A DNA stretch of 64,000 nt from Eledone cirrhosa (GCA_964016885.1 OZ024743.1:8184001-8248000), one strand, 5' to 3'. Positions 1-15,760 are shown, numbered from the stretch's first letter. Notes: generated by a model not told the origin, from the sequence alone. Numbers and translations: made by a program.

Positions 1-269
1 TCCGTTAAAAGCACTAAACGGACTAGGTGGAGGTTTTAAATAGAAAAAAAGGATTTAGGCTACCAAACAAGAACAGACACGATTTATTCGTCGCGCAATA
101 ATAAGTGTTAACATATGTAATGCACTGGGCAGCAAAAAGTTAATAACAAATAATTTTATGATCATGAAAGTTTCTATCTTTTCAGAAAGTACGGGAAACA
201 ACTCCGGACATGTGTCAGTTTTATTAGACCTCATTAGCGGAGAGTAGACAACACCGTACACGTCGACTT

Positions 270-395
270 CAACTTTGACTTTCATCCTCCTGGGGGTCAA
301 TAAAATAGTCTCAGACATGCACTGGGTTGATGTTTAATCAGCTTTCTCCTTCCTCGAAAATTGCTGGCCTTGTGTCTAAATAAAAAACCATTACT
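270..395 (+). mobile_element. Family A SINE 3' half, diverged
   Basis: caactttgactttcatcc...aattgctggccttgtgtc. Confidence 0.6.
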
Positions 396-492
396 AATAT
401 GGTTTCTAAAATTAAATATATCAATCTTACTATTATTTTTTCAAGTAAAAGCAAAAATCTACCAATATATACATATGCACGCACGCACGCAT

Positions 493-559
<67 letters not shown>

Positions 560-1584
560 CACACAGAAACATTAATACACACAAACACAAACAATATATA
601 TATATATACATAAAACATCGACGCAACTTTGATGAAATATAGCATATCACACAGAGGGTTTATTTCGTTTCGGGCTTTAATTTCAACCCACATAGGTAAT
701 CTACTGCAAATTTTAAAACTGACCTTCAGAACTCTTTATAACTGTCACGCTGTTTCACGCCGGTTGAACTATTGTTCACCACGCTGTTTGCCAATATGTC
801 ATTCCTGCTGACTCCTCCCTTCTCTCTAGTATCCTTGTTTTCTTTGATCTATTAATTGATTCAGCTAATTAAAGATTATGCTGTCAGACTTAACTGACTT
901 CCCTGAGCCGTTCATGTGATTTAGGTTTATTAGGAAAAATAGCTCGATCCACAGTTAATTATATATTCGGTTACAGCTCCCTTTCAAAGTAAGTTCCTGA
1001 TTTAATACTTTTCGGGTAATATGCAGTAATCGTGTATATTAAGCCAAGCAACAATGCAGAAGAGCTAGGGGGAGGTTGAGAACATTGTGAGACTGGGACT
1101 GAAAGACGCTGCTAAAATTCGGTTGACACAAAGTATTTTACTGCTTTCAGTTTAAGATTTCAAAACTAACGTGTAAAACTGTTCAAATTGATATACAAAA
1201 AATACTGCATTACTACTCTCCTGTGCTTTATCTCATTTAATTTATGTATATGAACCCATATACACCAAACACACACGCATGCACATATATAAACACACTC
1301 ACACATATTTATTTATGTAGGTGTGTATGTAGGTGTGTATGTATATAGATTTATTCATATACTTACAACATGGTCATAATTGTTCAGCAAAGCGTCTGTT
1401 CACTGTAATTCTTAAATGAAACACGGTTTGTTAAAACATTTAAAACATGTAAGAATATGAATAAATTCATACTATTTTAACAGTCAGCTCTTCTTTCTTG
1501 CGAGCCAATACGATCGGAGCCCCCCACACACACACACATGCCCACATACACGCATATATACATGTCATATATGCAGCTGAACTG

Positions 1585-1639
<55 letters not shown>

Positions 1640-1683
1640 AAGTTAAATAAAAGTCAAATGATTAAAATTTAGCTTCGTTTATT

Positions 1684-1738
1684 ACTGCTATATATATTTC
1701 AGTGACAGCCATCTTTGGCTGTGACCTCTTCAGGCAGT
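1684..1738 (-). ncRNA. Hammerhead ribozyme in a short (TA)n-inserted element (about 1634-1852)
   Basis: Minus strand: actgc CTGAAGA ggtcacagcca-aaga-tggctgtcact GAAA tatata TA gcagt. Confidence 0.8.
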
Positions 1739-1904
1739 TTGAATTAGTATGGTATAGACAAGTACATATGTTGTTTAGGTGTATAATATTGTCAATACTC
1801 TGATATGCCCAGTTCCTTGTTGGGTTGTTATTTCACTGAGGAACTGGAGTCATATATACATATATATATACATATACATATATATATACATATACATATA
1901 TAAT

Positions 1905-2335
1905 ATATCCAGCGCCTTCTTACACCTGTTTGAGGAACCCCTCCCTGGTTGACTTCTACCGCTTCCTATTGTTGACCATATTGGGCAATGAGAGCCGAAG
2001 TATCGGGTCAGATCATTGCGCCATCTGGCCTTTGACTTCCCTCTGGTTCTTCTCCACTACTTTGATGTCCACAATGCCACTCTAATAGTTCATCTGTTGT
2101 CTCTGTAACGAGTTTGCCCTTCTTGATGGTCTTAATGTCCTTCATGCCAGTCTGCTGTCGAATCTAGGTGTTGCTCTTTCTGTCACATAAGTTGTTGCCG
2201 AGCATGATTCGCTCCATTTTACGTTGGGCCACAACAACAGTCTCTGCAGTGGTGGTGTTGAGTGCCCACGTCTCATTTCCATATATCATCACCGGCAGAA
2301 CATATTCGTTAAATAACTTTCTTTTAGTTTCGATT
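1905..2335 (-). mobile_element. RTE-clade LINE 3' fragment
   Basis: Minus strand: KRKLFNEYVLPVMIYGNETWALN...VAQRKMERIMLG, then RR.RG..KARW..D; 3' end runs into a TA repeat. Confidence 0.8.
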
Positions 2336-3049
2336 GTTGACTTGTAGAGAATAAAATCTAGTACGTTCTTCTAATCCGTACCTTCGATAACACAGTTTTG
2401 TTGATTATGAGATACTCAATACACCTTTCTTCCCAGTTGCTTAAACATCTATGAAGGTATTATTAATGTTATGATGGTGTGACACACCTGTATGAAACGA
2501 GGGTAAAACCCAAGGTATTCACAAGGTGTAATTCCGAACTACCAACGAGACTACAACGAGACTACGTACACACAGTTCCCCTGACAGTTCACGTCCGTTC
2601 TTATCTGTAGAGTTTCACCTAGTCCACTTTTAGTTACGCGTGGGTATTCACGGTTTTTTTCCCACAACAATTATCATCAAAGTAGGAACAGGTTTAGACA
2701 GGCTGTACACATTTTATGCATGCAATTTTGACTTGCGATAGTCCAGTAGCTTTTGCCATGTCAGTGGCTTCATTTTGCACTATCATATTTGTTTATACTT
2801 GTACCGGCCAGTTTGGTATATTTCCATTGACAGTTTATGGGTAAAGGTCGATAAGATATTCCCGATGAAATTTCATTATTTTTTCGTGCACTTATCTGAA
2901 AATGAAATGTATTCTTGGAGCTTTCTCATCCTGAATTTTTTATATTCAAATTTCAAGGGCATTACGACTGATAATATTGATTTCGTATAATGCAAAGACA
3001 ATATTTCGTTCAGGATTTTTCTAACCACACTCCATCCTGGTCAAACTCC

Positions 3050-3990
3050 TCTTTCTCAATCCAGAATTTTCTCCAGAATGAAGCCGTATCTTCCTAAAAA
3101 TTTAGAAAGTATTTGAAGGAGTGGCCATTTGAATGGCACCCGGTTTCACTCTCATAGAAGGTATTAGTGTATGTATACTTCATAAAAATATACGAAATTT
3201 GTGGAGATCCAGTCTAAGTGGTTTTTGACATGGAATTCAGTTTCGGGGTCAATTTTAGCAGTCTATTAGAGGTGTCTGTACAAGTGTATCATACAGAACA
3301 GGAGCATTTAAAGGTGCCGTTTTGCATATTTCAGGATGGAAGAAAGCTTCTAGGACGCCGTGCAGCGTTAGTCCCTTTTGAAGAAAAGAGAAATGAATTA
3401 GAAGATATGGACATTGAGGGAGTCAGAGGAAAGGAAATAAAGTTGTGGAGGATAGTCCGTTGACCGGAGAGGGTGGAGGCGTGTAAAGTTGTAAAAGAGA
3501 ACTTTTCGGGTGCGTTCATTTGGGACAAACGTAAGGGGCTTTGTCAATTGCATGGTTTCCTTAGAATATCGGAGTTGTCTAATGATATAATGTAACCTCA
3601 TGCAAGATAGATATAGCATTTCATGGTATTTGAAAAGAAAATTCGAGTTTTTCTATAACATAGTCGGAGTCGAAGAAATTGCGAGAATGGTATGAAAGAT
3701 TTGGTGTGAGAGGAGAAGTCAAGGTAGGAATGTGTGTCATTAAGTTTATAATAAACAGGGGTGAAAATGTGATGGCTATTAATAGTGACAGAGATATCCA
3801 AGAAAATACCAGAAATGGTAGAGGTAAATTCCAGAGATGAGTGGAAACAGCTAATGGTAGAAATAGAGGCAATAACTTCATCTCTAGAGAGAACAGAACC
3901 ATGGATACAGTAATTGTGTGTTCAGTGAACTGGGAAAAGATCTGGCCCTCAATATGGCTCGGGAACATATAAACCCATACTATCTAGAAA
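3050..3990 (-). pseudogene. Decayed Neptune-type PLE (thumb to GIY-YIG)
   Basis: FHSSLEFTSTIS..FLDISVTIN..VYYKLNDTHSYLDFSSHTKSFIPFSQFLRLRLC; later TNFVY and FYESETG (YIGETG-like). Confidence 0.8.
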
Positions 3991-4439
3991 TTATACATTA
4001 AACACCGGCTAAAAGAAAAAGAAAAAAAGTACATATATCCATTCCTGGTGAACATCTAGAAAGTGATAAATATAACAACTATTTCAATTTCAGATTCTTT
4101 AGATAAATATTCCATATGTTCATAAACTTTCGATTTTACTTGGTTTCTTTGTCTAGATTGTTTATTTTATATTGTTTTCTTTTGTTTTGTTTTGCCGGTG
4201 TCGTAAATTTAATTTTAATTTTATATTTTTACATTTTATTTATTTTGTAAAACATAATCACTTGCATAGGAACTCTGTGTTGTTTTCTATGACTGGCATA
4301 AAGTCACAGATTTGGAGGAAGAAGTATAGCAGATTATATCGAACCAAGTACTTAAACGATTCGTTATCTGATCTACTCCAAGAGCTGACAGAAAATAGGA
4401 ACAATTGGCTATCCAGCCTAGGCTTCAAGTTCAAGAATA

Positions 4440-5840
<1,401 letters not shown>

Positions 5841-5897
5841 TTTCGTTTCTGAATTTGTTTAGCAAGATTCTTTGCCTGAAAACGTGTGTTGAAACCG

Positions 5898-6402
5898 ATA
5901 TTGTTATGCTTTGGGAGGGTCATGTTGCCAATAAGAAACACACTCACCAGTAGCTTTCACTTCAATTTATCATAAATTAAATTTATAAATTTAAGAATAT
6001 ATAAATTTATAAATTTCCGGTTGGTTGGTTGAAATGAAAACACACATAGAACAAACAACCAACCAGTAAAATGTAAATAAACAAATAAATAAACAAATAT
6101 AAACACACACAGACACCCGGATGTGACGCATGCGCAAACTGAGCACACAACACACACAAAAACAAGATGGCGTAAGATAGAACAAAGGAGAGGCACAAAA
6201 ACAAAGAAAAGAATCCCCAGTCACTGAAGAGGTCACAGAATATGTGACGAAAGAACTTTGACAATATATGAAGAATCGTCTGGTTGTGGAACCAACCAAC
6301 GAACCGGAAATTTATAAATTTATAAATTTAATTTATAATAAAATGAAGTGAAAGCAACTGGTGCGTGTGTTTCTTATTGGCAACATGACCCTCCCAAAGT
6401 AT

Positions 6403-6410
<8 letters not shown>
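5898..6410 (+). mobile_element. Non-coding fold-back element (arms 5898-6031 / 6293-6410) carrying a hammerhead, in (TA)n
   Basis: Arms are diverged reverse complements. Shares aagatggcgta, the hammerhead and the 3' end atgaccctcccNaagtataacaatat with 45340-45650. Confidence 0.7.
6220..6262 (+). ncRNA. Minimal hammerhead ribozyme
   Basis: gtca CTGAAGA g gtcaca-gaata-tgtgac GAAA gaac TT tgac. Confidence 0.7.
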
Positions 6411-6469
<59 letters not shown>

Positions 6470-7437
6470 TACATACATAAATATATATATATGTATGTAT
6501 GTATGTATACGTATTTATATGTATGTATAGGTATGTATGTATGTATATGTATTTATATTTATGTATATGTATGCATATATATTTATATATATGTATGTAT
6601 ATACATATATACATACATACATAAATATATATATGTATGTATACGTATTTATATGTATGTATAGGTATGTATGTATGTATACATATTTATATGTATGCAT
6701 ATATATTTATATATATGTATGTATATATATATACATATATACATACATAAATATATATATATATGTATGTATATATACGTATTTATATGTATGTATAGGT
6801 ATGTATGTATACGTATTTATATGTATATATATGTATGCATATATATTTATATATATGTATGTATATATATATACATACATAAATATATATATATATGTAT
6901 GTATGTATACGTATTTATATGTATGTATAGGTATGTATGTATACATATTTATATGTATGTATATGTATGCATATATATTTATATATATGTATGTATATGT
7001 ATATGAGGATGAAAAACTTAGAGCTGTATGGGAGCCTCACAAAAGTCAGCTCAAAAGTGACACAGAGGAGACTGAGGTTAGCTGGACATGCTCACCGACA
7101 TCCAGAGTTGACATTGCACTCAGTGCTCCTGTGGGAGCCCCTACATGGATACACTGGAAGGTTAACGTATGTTGATGCCCCAAGGACAGACACTGGTCTG
7201 TTGGAGACGCAGGACATAATGAGGGACTCGGGAATTTTACCTGCCCTAGAATGAGGATCTCGGGAATTTTACCCGCCCTAGAATGTATATATATGTATAT
7301 ATATTTATAAGTATGTCTATATATTTATATGCATGTCTGTATATTTATATGCATGTCTGTATATTTATATGCATGCATGTCTGTATATTTATATGTATGT
7401 ATGTATATTTATATGTGTATATATATTTATATATATT

Positions 7438-7474
<37 letters not shown>

Positions 7475-7603
7475 GTGTGTGTATGTATATATATATATAA
7501 ATATGTGTGTATGTATATATATATATATATGTATGTATATATATATATGTATGTATGTATATATATATTTATATGTATATATATATGTATATATGTATAT
7601 ATA

Positions 7604-7651
<48 letters not shown>

Positions 7652-7921
7652 GTTGAAAATTGCAAACTTGACTGTCACCACAGAATATGAACCTGAAGAT
7701 TGCGAAAGCATGCAAGTACTTGTTCAATTAACACTTAACATTTAATATTCTAGCATACTATTTCATTCTAATACCATTGTAAATTTTAAAGGATTGTAAA
7801 TAAAATGAGTAAATCAGACAAAGTTGGAATTCCTTTTATTAATATATTCTTCTATACACAATCATATACACCCGTGTATATTTATCTATCTCTATATATA
7901 TCTATATATATATATGTATAT

Positions 7922-7968
<47 letters not shown>

Positions 7969-8103
7969 TGTATGTATATATCTGCATGTATTTATATGTA
8001 TATATATATATGTATGCATATTTGTATGTATGTATGTATGTATGTATGTATGTATGTATGTATGTATGTATGTATGTATGTATGTATGTATGTATGTATG
8101 TAT
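6408..8103. repeat. Compound TA/TATG microsatellite region, including about 4 copies of a roughly 130-bp higher-order unit (6460-7003)
   Basis: Recurring tatacgtatttatatgtatgtataggtatg block. Confidence 0.85.
7005..7283 (+). mobile_element. RTE/RTE-X-like LINE 3' fragment
   Basis: ELYGSLTKVSSKVTQRRLRLAGHAHRHPE...LLWEPLHG..GRLTYVD...DTG; duplicated 27-bp tail. Confidence 0.7.
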
Positions 8104-8104
8104 G

Positions 8105-8711
8105 TCAGGTCACCAGTTGGTACTACTGGTAACATGTATCCCAGTACAACCTGTCCCATGATCGGGTCGTTGGCGACTAAACTGGCAACCCCACCAAGGT
8201 TTCTTGGTGAGGAGGGTGACTTTGGACATCCTGCGGGACTAAAAACAAAACCTGTCAAAGGGCAAAGGAGCTCTTAAGAATCAATGGCCATCCAAAATCA
8301 CCGAGAGAGATGACGCCTTAGCCTTTGTCAAGGCAGAATTCTAGGAGAAGGAAAACTCTGATATAACACCTGCAACCCTGATGGTATCCAATGATGTTGA
8401 CTTGTTCTTCTTTTTGGTAAATATCATCTTGGTTAAGAGAGTGGGACTGGCTTTGTGCAGTGCCTTTGCTCACTATAAAAGCTTCACGGCACAGGCATTG
8501 CTTTATATCTGGAGATCTCTCTGCACTTGTAATCACATGGTACCATGGGCCCAACACTATGTGTCAATAATTGTCACAGGTGTAGTGTTTGTACCAGAGT
8601 TTTCAAGTCGCTGGCTGGACTAAAAAGTCACACTCGTTCAGCGCATCGGTAGGGGTTCTCCTACATGGATATAAAGTAGTGGCCGTACTCGAAAACGAGT
8701 TGGCAGCCACC
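8105..8711 (+). mobile_element. About 600-bp non-autonomous RTE-derived element (5'UTR-like part fused to a BovB-like 3' end)
   Basis: 3' part encodes CSVCTRVFKSLAGLKSHTRSAH* (C-terminal C2H2 motif) and ends in (AT)n; second copy at 59185-59492. Confidence 0.65.
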
Positions 8712-8714
8712 ATA

Positions 8715-8780
<66 letters not shown>

Positions 8781-9202
8781 TGTATGTATGTATGTATGTA
8801 TGTATGTATGTATGTATGTATATAACTAGGGGGATACAAAGCAGGCTTTGTTTAGAAACGGCTAGCGAATTGAAAATTAGGTAGTACCATGTGCTTACGC
8901 CGTATTTGACTAAATAGAATTAGTCTGTTAGTTGGGATTTTTTTTTAAACCTGTGAATTGAAAAAATGGATGAGTATTCAAAAATGAAAAAAAGAAAATA
9001 CAGTCTATGTCTAATTTAGATTTCTCCTCATTTGTACCTTTACCCCATTTGTGCGGTGTATGTTGAATGTTGCTCTACATTAGTCAGTACACCTGTATGT
9101 GTGCAGGGGAAGTGTGAAATAAGCGGTACCTTTCATGGAACTAAGCATGCAACTCAATTTATATCTCACAACCTCTATCATATTCTCGTCTTCAGTTTAA
9201 TA

Positions 9203-9616
9203 ATGATTTCTACTACAAGCACAAGACCAGCAATTTGAGGGGATGGGAAAGTCCATTAAATCGACCCCAGTGTATTACTGGAGCTTTATTTATCGATCTC
9301 GTTAGGCTGAAAGGTAAACTAACCACGGCGGGATTTGAACTCAGAACGTAAAGGGCCGTAACTCTATGTCGCAAAGCATGGTGTTCGACGCTCTACCGAT
9401 ACTGCCAATCTACCGCCCAGTTTAATAATTGTTTCTACTTTTGGCACAAGGCCACCAATTTTTCCAGTGAATTACTGGTACTTTATTTTATCGACCCCAT
9501 AAGGATGAAAGGCAAAGTTAACCTCGGCGAGATTTGAACTCAGAATGGCAAGGGCCGTAACTCTATGCGTCAAAGCATCGCGTCCGACCATCTACCGATA
9601 CTGCCAATCCACCGCT
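9203..9616 (-). mobile_element. Two tandem tRNA-derived SINEs (family A)
   Basis: B-box gagttcaaatc, central ctttgcctttcatcctt..ggggtcgataaaataaagtaccag, tail gctggccttgtgccaaaagtagaaacaatt. Confidence 0.8.
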
Positions 9617-11989
9617 CAGTTAATAATGATGGTCAATGAATGGTAATTAGCGATTATCACACTAAATTACCAATTGAGGCCTTCGAGTTGAAGGAAATAC
9701 ACTGACATGCGTACGCATATGCATTATATAACCAGCTTTAAATTATATTCTGTCGATATATCCCAACAAATACTAAACTTATTTAAATATACTTTTAAAT
9801 GCACCTACAACAAACTGGATTGGTTGAACATTTCATCAACAGAGGATTCCTTATTTAAATTCTATTTTAAAACTTCGAAATGAATATCTTCACATAGCCT
9901 CTTTCTTGGTCAGTTAATTGCATCAGTCGCGTGGGTTACTGTAAACACCAACGTTTTCATAGATCTTTTCATGCGAGTAGTTCATCATTTTCCTGCTATT
10001 AAGACTGCCATCTCACAATATGATATTCGTATCTGATTACTGAAGTGTACTTGAAATTAGAGGGCGTTCTTTAAAATAAACATCATTTGCTAGATGGGTT
10101 GAAAGCTGTAGCGTATCCGCAAACAATTCCCCAATCAGTTGTATACTTTCTATATCAACCTGATTACGTATTTAGCAGAGAAAATAATAATCTATTATAA
10201 CTGTAAGGAGATATGAGTGAATATTATCCACGAATTAATATGTAAACTGATTGGTGAAAATATACCAGACGCGCTTTAGAAGCTATTTCAAACGTGAGAT
10301 ATTAGCCAGTCATTACCTTAAACGAACCACCAGAGTAGTTACAGGGTGGTGAAAACTTTCGCATATATCTCAAGAAAAGCTCATAAAAATCGAGAAGTAA
10401 TGCAAAGAATGGCAGATGCTGTCATCTTTAATAATATATATATCAACGAAAGTTCCATTTCGGCGCCTATGTATTCTTTGACATGCATTCATGCATACAA
10501 TATAGTTCCATCCCAACCGACATACCTACTCCTACTACTCTGACATACAGATATACATACTACAATAGCAACATTGACAAAACACATATTTACACATACA
10601 TCAAGATATGCAATTATTTATTTATCTGGCCACCATATGAACGCAGGCTGTTTCGTCTAATGAAGCAGTCAACCAAGAACAACTTCTTGACATAGGAATG
10701 CAAACAACAACAATTTGACACTAACACACTAGAAATTTAATACGCGAAATGACTTGAAAAACGTGGTAAAAACACAGATTTATTTCCAATATATGTTGAG
10801 CAAATCGGAGAAAGGAGAAAGCCATTGAGAGCAACAAGCCATTGAATCGAAAAGAAAAGAAAAAAAAATGAAAATATTTCCTTTCAGAGTAGTGAGTGTA
10901 TAATAGCAACCATTTCTGTCTCTAAATTTTCCTAATTATTATGTTGAAGGATGAAGCTTAACATTTTAAAGGAGGAGATACTATATTCATGTCTTTCCCA
11001 TAAGAATCAATGATAAAAGTGAAGCAAAATATACTCCAATCAGGAAAAGACTTCACCATATGATCAGCCCCTGGATAGCTTACATTTACTGTAACAGCAC
11101 TCATTTAGTTTTAAAAACAGATACAATATATTTTAAAGCTATCCGGAAGTTAGTTTAATTCTACGAACGTCACAAACTACTTCGGACAAAGACTAACCAA
11201 GTAACACATTAGATAGGCGCCACACATGTAAATTTATGGTAGGATAGATTCATTGATTGAGCACTAAAATTTTATATTCGGTATGTCAGGTACGAATTTT
11301 CTCTCTAAATGCACGCTTTACTGACTTAGACTAGTCTTAGGTTTCAGGTTGTTACATCTGTGTTTGCTATATAATGGCTTTCTGAGCATCAGGAAGCCAT
11401 TATTAAATATATTTCTTCGTAAAAGTAATTTGGTTCAACTTATTATTATTATTATCATTGTTGTTGTTATCATCATCATCATCATCAGCATCGTCATCAT
11501 CATCCCCACCATCATAATCATTAATCATCATTGTCGTCGTTGTCTTTGTTGTCGACGTCGTTATCTTAGTCGTATAAACCATCTTCAATATCATCATCAT
11601 CATTATCATCATCTTCAATACCATCATCATCATCTTCAATGTCATCATCATCATCATCATCATCATCAATACCTTGTTTCCAATAGTTTCATACCAGTTT
11701 CTACTGTAACATCAGATGCACTACTATGCCTTTGAAATGAATATGCAACATTGTATTTTGGTGGTTTAGTATTGTGTTTGCTACATTTCTTTTGTTTCTC
11801 GTCTTACTCTTCTGCTTCGTTTAATGTTATGCAAAATATTTGTTATGTGAGTTGTGTGAATTGTTGACTCTGTGTAGAACGTGTTATACTAATGGATGTG
11901 AATTGTGTAAGAGTGTCTATTGTATTATTGTATTAGATAGAGAGTGTGTAGAGTATTTGCTACGTAGGTTGTGTTATATACTAGTCTCT

Positions 11990-12245
11990 CTAAAGTCTGT
12001 CTCACGGCTGGAGGCTCATCAGGCCGGTGCTTATCCCGGTTTCCATGATGTTAAGCGACTGAGAGTACAATACTCCCCCCTGGATAGGACGCCAGTACAT
12101 CGCAGGGTTAAACTCCCAGCTATTGCTGGTACTCATTTTCAGTTGAGTATACTGGAGTAACAGGAAATGTAACAGGAACCCACCACACAACCTACTCCAG
12201 GAATTGAACCCACAAGTTATGGTCATAAGGCTACGCACTTCCATT
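11990..12245 (-). mobile_element. V-domain-like SINE
   Basis: Minus strand: ggttcaattcc B box; ctgcgatg.actggcgtcc.atccagggggagta...ggaaaccgggataagc.ccggcctgatg.gcc. Confidence 0.6.
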
Positions 12246-12444
12246 GTGTTATATTATTGGATAGTACTTCTGTAGGGAGTGTGTTATGTGATTTGTATTG
12301 TTTTATTGTGAGATGATTGTTTAGATGAGGGCTCCAGAGAATAGTACACGGGCTCAAAAAAGAGCCAAGGTTCACCAGATAGTGAACACTCTAGGAGTTT
12401 ATAAAGTTCAGAGATCAGTAAAGTTTAACATTCATTTGCTTAAA

Positions 12445-12720
12445 TCGACGAGTGTTCCAATTGATCCGATCAACAGAACAGCCTACTCATGAGATTAACG
12501 TGCAAGTGGCTGAGCATTCCACAAGCACGCGTACTCTTAACGTAGTTCTCAGGGAGATTCGGCGTGACACTGAATTACAGGCACAACTCATTTTTACGAG
12601 TTGAGTAAACTGAAGCAACGTGAAATAAAGTGTCTTTCTCAAGGACACAGCGCATCGACTGGAATCGAACTCACGACCTTACGATCGTGAGCCGAATTCC
12701 CTAACCACCAAAGCCACGGG
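12445..12720 (-). mobile_element. tRNA-derived SINE (family B)
   Basis: Minus-strand A box tggtggttaggg and B box gagttcgattcc; 3' part tctccctgagaactacgttaa shared with 40752-41060. Confidence 0.7.
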
Positions 12721-13141
12721 TCTTCAGAAAATCGAATTAGTTAATCCTATAGAACACATACAGTCATTACGTAGGAAAGATGCGAAAACCAGACTGGATT
12801 TTCCGCGTTACGATTAAAAATGTGCAGTAGAGAACATTTTCATAACCCAACAACTTGACCGCGTTATGAAGGTGCATATGTAGTGAATAAATGATCATAG
12901 TTTCCTTCAATCACTACGTAGCATTTTAAAACAGAAAGGCAACATATTATACCAAGCAAAGCCAGTTAGGAGATAACTGATGTATTGATTTTAATATGTG
13001 ACTCGGTTGGTGAGTTACAAATGTATTTCGTTTACCTAAATATATGCATGCATATGCTTGTATGTATGTATGTATGTATGTATGTGTGCATGTGTAGTTA
13101 ACATGTAAATTTCTATGATGGTGTATATGTAAATATGTGTA

Positions 13142-13203
<62 letters not shown>

Positions 13204-13276
13204 GTATAATATATATATATATAAATATATTATATATATTATATATATATATATAAATATATTATATATATTATAT

Positions 13277-13310
<34 letters not shown>

Positions 13311-13514
13311 GGAAACATGGCGTAATACATACACATACAGAAAATTAACCAAAACGTCTTGCCTCCTCTGACTATATTGGGTTTTCACGTTTGCTTTCTA
13401 ACAAACATATTTGTTTGAACGACTCGAATCTTGAAATTTCCGAATTAAGACCGTTGAAAATGTGTATGCCTACACCCTCGAAAAAACTGCAAGCGTATAT
13501 ACTTTTTTCTTTGA

Positions 13515-13613
<99 letters not shown>

Positions 13614-14066
13614 ATATGTATATATATACATATATATATACGTGTGTGTGTGTGTGTGTGCTTGTGTATGCATACATACATACATACATACATACATACA
13701 TACATACATACATACATACATACATACATACATACATACATACATACATACATACATACGTATATACGCACAATCAATTAGCTTAAAATCACAAGAATGT
13801 ATTTCGTTTTAGGTTGTTTTTTTACCATACATGTTTGACATATTATGTTTCTTTGTGCAAATTACCAACTCAAATGAGAAAATAAAAGAGAAAGAAAATA
13901 TCTAAATAAATTTTATATCGTGATATAATTATACTTTTTATAATTAATTTTAATACGACAAAAGTTAAGTGTAAATTTAATGTGTTACAGTATTTCTAGT
14001 ATACGGTTTTAGTGTATGCCTGCCCTTAATGCCTAGAAAAAAGTTGTTAACAATATTCGCGAGAAT

Positions 14067-14480
14067 ATTTGAAATTGGACTTCATTCTTTCGATCACTAA
14101 TGTGTCAATACTTCTGTGTTTGTCATTTGAAATTGGACTTCATTCTTTCGATCACTAATGTGTCAATACTTATGTGTTTGTCATTTGAAATTGGACTTCA
14201 TTCTTTCGGTCACTAATGTGTCAATACTTATTTGTTTGTCATTTGAAATTGGACTTCATTCTTTCGATCACTAATGTGTCAATACTTATGTGTTTGTCAT
14301 TTGAAATTGGACTTCATTCTTTCGGTCACTAATGTGTCAATACTTATGTGTTTGTCATTTGAAATTGGACTTCATTCTTTCAGTCACTAATGTGTCAATA
14401 CTTATGTGTTTGTCATTTGAAATTGGACTTCATTCTTTCGATCACTAATGTGTCAATACTTATGTGTTTGTCATTTGAAA
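14067..14480. repeat. 58-bp minisatellite, 7 copies
   Basis: Unit atttgaaattggacttcattctttcgatcactaatgtgtcaatacttatgtgtttgtc at 14067, 14125, 14183 and onward. Confidence 0.95.
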
Positions 14481-15271
14481 AGAGATTTGAAAATGTTTCA
14501 ATGAAACCTTTCTAGATAAAAGCTAGTAAAGAGCATCAACTGTTAAAACACTGAATTTTTTTTTTCAATGTTGATATAGAAAGAAGAATAAAGGTTGCAG
14601 CAATGTATCTTTTAACATAGCAAAAAAGAAAAGAAAAGAATGTAAGATGCAATTGAAGATGAAACGTCCAGATCGAATTATTGAATTAACATTGTTTTGA
14701 AAGAAACATTAATCTTGGTCCTTCCCTATTAAATATAATCATCCGGATGGAAGTCGAAAAGCTATCAAAGTACAAATGGAAATCAGGATATATATTGTAT
14801 GAGTTGTGCTATTAAATTAAAACAATCTAGCATAGGACACGAGCTGTGTCTAAGGGCCACTCTTTTGATTTCCTGTAAAGTTAACGGCTTTGTTATTGTT
14901 TTTACATTTTTGTTTGTGTTTTTGCTTCCAATAGCTATTGCTCTAATTGTTGTTGTTATTGTGTTTTTCGCTTTCATATCCTGCACAATTCCATTTCAAG
15001 ATCATTTGTATTTTGATAGATAACTTTATTAATGCTTAACGTGTCTTTCATTTTCTTATGACGGTACTGCGTGTGACTGACAAACATTTGGCTGCTATTT
15101 CTAGCAAGATAAGCGAGCATAAAGTGGCTTCTTCGGTGAGTCACCCATGTCAAATTAAGTATTTTGGTCATTGCAATGCTAGAAACAAACAAAAGCTGTT
15201 GAGTTAACCATACTCGCGATCAATATAAAACAGCGTAAGGGTTTCAGTGAGACCAAATTTCTTTACTGAAA

Positions 15272-15760
15272 CTAGCAGAAAAACCACCCTTCGGGTGGTT
15301 TTCTGCTACCATGTGTAGTGTGAATATTGATATAAACGCAAATATACATGCATGTAGATATGATACATCAAATAAAATCGTAATTGACAATATACACAGA
15401 AATTGAATGAAGACTGCGTTACACTGTCTTATGTAATCAGTAACGTAATCCATGATACATTAAAAAAGACGATATTATATATAAACTGCATTAGGAGAAA
15501 ATTAGCGACGGGAATATATGAATGTTTATTTAAGTGATCGATAACCGGAAGTGTTGTCATTTGAAAATTTTAAAAAAGTGAATCTTAAAATAAACAACAA
15601 CATTATTTATATTTAATCAAGAATAACGAAATTTAGTAGATAAATTATGTAATATTCATTCATTATTTATTCAAAGTAATCCAACTTATTTTACAAACGG
15701 GATAAAAAATATATATATTCTGGACTCAGTCCCGCAGTCCTTACTTTATTATAGTTTAGA
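15272..15760 (-). mobile_element. Non-autonomous Helitron
   Basis: Minus strand starts A|TCTAAACTATAATAAAG and ends with hairpin tagcagaaaaccacc-cgaag-ggtggtttttctgcta at CTAG|T; paralog at 57947-58670. Confidence 0.75.

Noticed and set aside
11349-11735. His/Ile-rich 128-aa ORF
   Set aside because: Translation of (ATC)n/(ATT)n repeats.
12000-12045. CTGATGA on the minus strand of the V-like SINE as a hammerhead
   Set aside because: No properly placed GAAA or closing stems downstream.
12640-12720. tRNA gene
   Set aside because: A and B boxes are present but continue into a SINE body, and I could not fold a complete cloverleaf.
14067-14480. CRISPR-like array
   Set aside because: Head-to-tail 58-bp units with no unique spacers, no cas genes and a eukaryotic context.
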